DNA of 52,478 bases, filler included, from Sphacelaria rigidula (taxonomy: Eukaryota), in NCBI GenBank assembly GCA_964200075.2. It is 3 parts of 3 records of this genome, joined end to end, with 100 filler letters (N's around TTAATTAATTAA, not from the genome) between each part and the next. Parts side by side here need not be neighbours in the genome. Positions count along the whole stretch, not along the records: positions 35,055 to 52,478 come from CAXNAA020001089.1; 2 more parts are not named here. One strand, given 5' to 3'. How positions within the stretch are numbered: the stretch's first letter is position 1; every line of letters begins with the position of its first letter. This document shows, one piece after another, positions 48,514 to 52,478 of this stretch. The notes under the pieces are model-generated. The model saw nothing but the letters and a program-made list of their open reading frames with translations. It ran no database searches and had not been told where the DNA came from. The translations under genes were made by a program, and so were the position numbers.

Positions 48514-48552
<39 letters not shown>

Positions 48553-48770
48553 GTCGTCCCATTTATTCTGGACGTCGGTCCACAAGTTTCGGTATATGTG
48601 GGCGCACCAGCCGGGATCACACAGGAGGGAGGCCAACACATGTTTATTTTTTTCATTTGTTTTAGTTCTCCATCTTCCTTCTGCAGTGCTCGTTTTCCTT
48701 TGTTGATGCGAGAGGGTTTCAGCAGTCAGTCCCTTTTCCCTCGTCGACCGTGCAGTCGAATTGTATGTGG
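48514..48770 (+). repeat. (GT)n microsatellite followed by short interspersed repeat
   Basis: About 18 GT units at 48514-48550, then sequence homologous to 36380-36567. Confidence 0.8.
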
Positions 48771-48833
48771 TCACCTCTGTTGAATGGACATGGTTGTCTC
48801 AGAAAACAAAGATAGGACCCGACGGTCAAACGG

Positions 48834-49142
48834 TTAATCCTTTGACCGCGAGAGTAGTTCACTTGCTGAGTCGGTATCTATTTCACTCGAAGAAAGTATG
48901 CATGATTCAGATGGACGACGCGCACCGCGGTCAAAGAGCTAACCTTCGACGGCGAGAGTAGGTCATCTCTTGAATCGGCATCATTTTCACTTGAAGAAAG
49001 TATGCACGGTCCAAATAGACCACCCTCACGCTTTGATTCTTTGACCGCGAGGGTAGGTCACCTGCTGAATCGGCATCAATATTGACTTGGAAAAAGTATG
49101 CCCGGTCCAGATGGACCTCCCGCACCGCCGTCCAAGGGCTAA
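48834..49142. mobile_element. Three tandem piggyBac-like MITE copies
   Basis: Three head-to-tail ~100-bp units, each starting CTTTGACCGCGAG or a variant and carrying the TCGG(C/T)ATC...AAAGTATGC core. Confidence 0.8.
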
Positions 49143-49315
49143 GGCCAACTCTTATGGAAGCGTTTGAAATTTTATTTTGCAACAATTTTAGAGGATTTTT
49201 TTTTTTTGTCATCATGGTGAACGGGCACAAAATACACAACTACGGCAAATAAAATAAAAAAGTAATTTGAAATTATTGCCAAATAAAATTCTAAACACTC
49301 CCATAAGAGTTGACC
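49143..49315. mobile_element. 173-bp PIF/Harbinger (Tourist-like) MITE
   Basis: TIRs GGCCAACTCTTATGG / CCATAAGAGTTGACC, extending ~45 bp imperfectly. TAA on both flanks (49140-49142, 49316-49318). Confidence 0.8.
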
Positions 49316-51257
49316 TAAGACCCACTTTCATGGCAACGAATCTCGTTTTTTTTGGGACCCCAATTTGAAAAAATGAAAATTTCGGGGGGATTTAAATTCT
49401 TGGACTCAAATTCGGGGGGACCGTTTTATGGCACAGACAGTACGGTATCACAGGTTTGTGAAACGGTTCTGTACGCCGACGGTCATTTCCCGCTGGAGTG
49501 TGGTACTACACAGTCGTGCATGAAGCCGAAGAGCAGGCAGGCGGTAAACAATCCTTCGAGTACAGTGTCGTACCTTGATACCCTAGGGTAATACAGTGCC
49601 GGACACTACATCAGTACAGTACATGATAATGTCGTGTGGTGGTACATGATGGCGCAGTCGGTATTGCGAGAACAGAGGACAACAGTGCGCGAGCAGAGTT
49701 CAGTAGTGCGCAGTGCCATACATCACCCCTCCAGTACAGCGACAACAGCTAGGAGAGTACAGGAGCGTTCGTTATAGTGATGCATATGGCAGCGCAGTAC
49801 AGCGCAGCAAAAAATATTACCATCGCCGCCGTGTACGGCGTCAGCACTTATTATCCGCTTGTCGAACCCCGTGCGAAGTTGCTCGAGCAGCTGGGGCGGG
49901 CAGTAGGCACGCCCTGTGCTGTCACGAGACTGTCTTCTGCTGCCGTTGCACAATAATCAAACGCCTCGCACTCTAGCACTATACGTCAATGCACGTACGT
50001 CACCTCAACAAAATCGGAGGGAGTCATGATCTCAGAACGATTTGCCCCCTGTTTTTCGAAAAATCGGGGGGAACCGTTCCGGGATCGTGACCCCCCGATT
50101 CCCCCCCCCCCCCGACTTCGAAAAGCTCATGATTCGTGCCTGCCATAAAAGTGGGTCTAACCCACGGAGCACGAAGCGATCCAGCTGAGTCCCATCATGC
50201 CGAAATAGCACTTCATGTTCAAGCTGGGCCAGCCAAGAGTAGGTTTGAATCTCGCTCAGGCGACGCACGGCGCGGTATTAGGAGTTGGACGCTGAAATTT
50301 TGACAGCAACTCTTGATGATCGAAATGCAGAAGGTCACGAAAATAGCAAAGAAAAACATAAGTTATAGGTGTTTGAAATTTCAGCAAAAACAAGATGATA
50401 TCATAAGTTCAGGAAAAGAAGTGAGAATTTGCAGCTGGACCCGTGAAGTATCAGTCCCTTGCGTGCAGAAGGTCTACCTGAAATTTCAGCTCAAGAGTCG
50501 TCGAATTGGGCCGTGCGTTCAACATTTTCCGTGACGCTGCTGCATCCCTATAAATCAAGTGATGCGAGACTCCAATTATGGAGGTCATGAGTTTGAATCC
50601 CGACAGATTCTCTTTTTGTTTTCGTCCGTCGTTGAGGTCATACATAATGCAGTACATTTTAAAAAAATAATTTTAATTCAGCCGCGGTGCCATGTGCTAC
50701 CAGGTTGGTTTACACTTTACAGTGATATGCTTACATCGGGTTTATTCGGGAAACTGTGGAAGCTGTGGTGAGAGCAAATTTTAGCAGCTTCTAAGCTTGC
50801 CCAGCTCGTTTTGGTTTTGTATGCGGTTCCCACTACCCTGAAGATCCCAAATTTTTGGTGGGCAAAGGTTTGGACCTTAACCCTTGTACAGCGAGAGTAG
50901 GTGATCTGTTAAATCGGCATCACACTTGAAAAAAGTATGCATAGAGTCCGGATGGAAAACGTTCGCGGTCAAATCCCTTTTTGGACCGTACTCCCAGAAA
51001 CATGGTGTTTGCACGCAGGGCCTTTTAGTGAAACGGCATCATTTTTACTTGAAACCGACGGACCAAGATACCGAGTGAAAACTGGAGGTGGGCACCTGTA
51101 AAAAGAAAACCGGTGATAATCGGTTCTTGGAATCCCCAATGGGCGTTTACCGGTTACGGTTTTGAAAAAAATAAACCGATTTTTTTTCTTGGTTGATGAA
51201 CCGCTTCACCGGAAAACCGGTTTAACTGGGAAAGGGAGGCGTTAGTATGGCGGTTAA

Positions 51258-51355
51258 CCCTTACACCGTGATATTAGTCTTTCCGGATCATGCATACTTT
51301 TCTTCACTTGAAATTGATGCCGATTCAACAGAAGACTAACCTCGCGGTCTAAGGG
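51258..51355. mobile_element. 98-bp piggyBac-like MITE, best-preserved copy
   Basis: TTAA (51254-51257) CCCTTACACCGTGA...TCGCGGTCTAAGGG TTAA (51356-51359). Confidence 0.88.
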
Positions 51356-52244
51356 TTAAACCTCTTTTTCCCGGTGAACCGGTTTAATCGGTTGAATTGC
51401 GAAGCTTGAAGTTGAGGAATGACATGACTCCTGCTCCTCCCTCGTAATTTTGGGCATTGGGTTGTAGGCGAGGGGCGTGGATTGCATACTGTTCAGGGTT
51501 CTTTTGTTTTTTTTCTCGTGTACTAGTCTTGGATAGAACTTGGAAGTGCTAGCGTCGGTATATTTTGGCAAAAAAAGCAGATCGTCCCCGAAACACAGTG
51601 CCCAAGTTAGTGTTTGTTGGTCTTACCGGGCTTTACGAGTGGATACCCCGTTTATCAGGGGGTTCTATTGACCGTGAAACACATTTATTCGGCTCTAGTG
51701 CAATGAGTAGGTGGGATTTCGAAAGAACAAGCCTGTCCATTTCTTCACGAATACGTTCGGGACAGGCTCCATCGACCGAAAATACCGAAGAGTCAGAATC
51801 TGGGCTAGAAGTGGCAGGACCCCCGATGACCGGCCAGCCCGTAAGTCACTCAATATTGAATACGGATGTTTTTTTTTTCCCTTGAAATTTGGAGTGAAAA
51901 CATGTATCTCCAGATCCTCAATGTGATGAGCGGTGGCGAGCTAAGAGCCGAAGAAAATCGCCAAATACGAACAAATTACAAAATAAACAGTTCAGGTGCC
52001 TACTACTGTAGTTTTTTCTTCCGACACCCTGTTGTTGTTGGCTAGGTTTAGGTGCCATACAGCAGCTATTCAAGTAATCACCAGCACTATTTCCTATTAC
52101 GCATTAAAATCGTTGTTACCAGCCACCGTGCTGTAAGTTCGACAGGTGTTGCACGGGTGCGGAGATGTGAGATAGCGTCACCCGTAATGCGTGTGTTTGA
52201 GCGTATCCATCACACACCACACACGACAACAACGCCTAACTCAC

Positions 52245-52293
52245 CTGCGCTTCAATGATTTGGAGGCGGTTTTCCTTGCTCATCAGGTTAAAC
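52245..52293 (-). CDS. Probable small internal exon of an unidentified minus-strand gene
   Basis: CAG acceptor, then FNLMSKENRLQIIEAQ, then a consensus CAG|GTGAGT donor. It may splice to 51488-51384 (YAIHAPRLQPN...STD*). Confidence 0.4.
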
Positions 52294-52399
52294 CTGCTGA
52301 CAAATAACATGTCAAACCGGTTTTTTGTTTGGATAATGGCGTCTCTCATCCGGTAACTGGTTTGTTGTTTGTTGTATCCGGTGCCCACCTCTAGTGACG

Positions 52400-52430
<31 letters not shown>

Positions 52431-52478
52431 ACCCCCCCCCACACACGCTACTTCTCAAAACATCAAACAACACATACA

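Overview
Eukaryotic, intron-rich genomic DNA, most consistent with a brown alga or related stramenopile (short GC-rich exons, long GT-AG introns, TTAGGG-type repeat); this taxonomic call is inference. The window is three contigs joined by artificial 100-bp N/TTAATTAATTAA spacers (17430-17529, 34955-35054), so adjacency across them is unproven. Contig 1 holds the last 8 exons of the DNA primase small subunit, transposon-like repeats, and the first 3 coding exons of a TRAIP-like RING E3 ligase. Contig 2 holds a 5'-truncated, stop-riddled chromodomain Ty3/Gypsy element. It also holds a ~5-kb cluster of successive long fold-back hairpins (~29.7-34.5 kb), three of them built from inverted copies of protein-kinase exon+intron fragments. 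This cluster is a candidate hairpin-RNA/proto-miRNA locus and the most interesting signal here. Contig 3 holds exon 1 of NDC80 head-to-head with a large disordered/coiled-coil gene whose introns contain MITEs of several superfamilies. All calls were made by eye, with no database searches.
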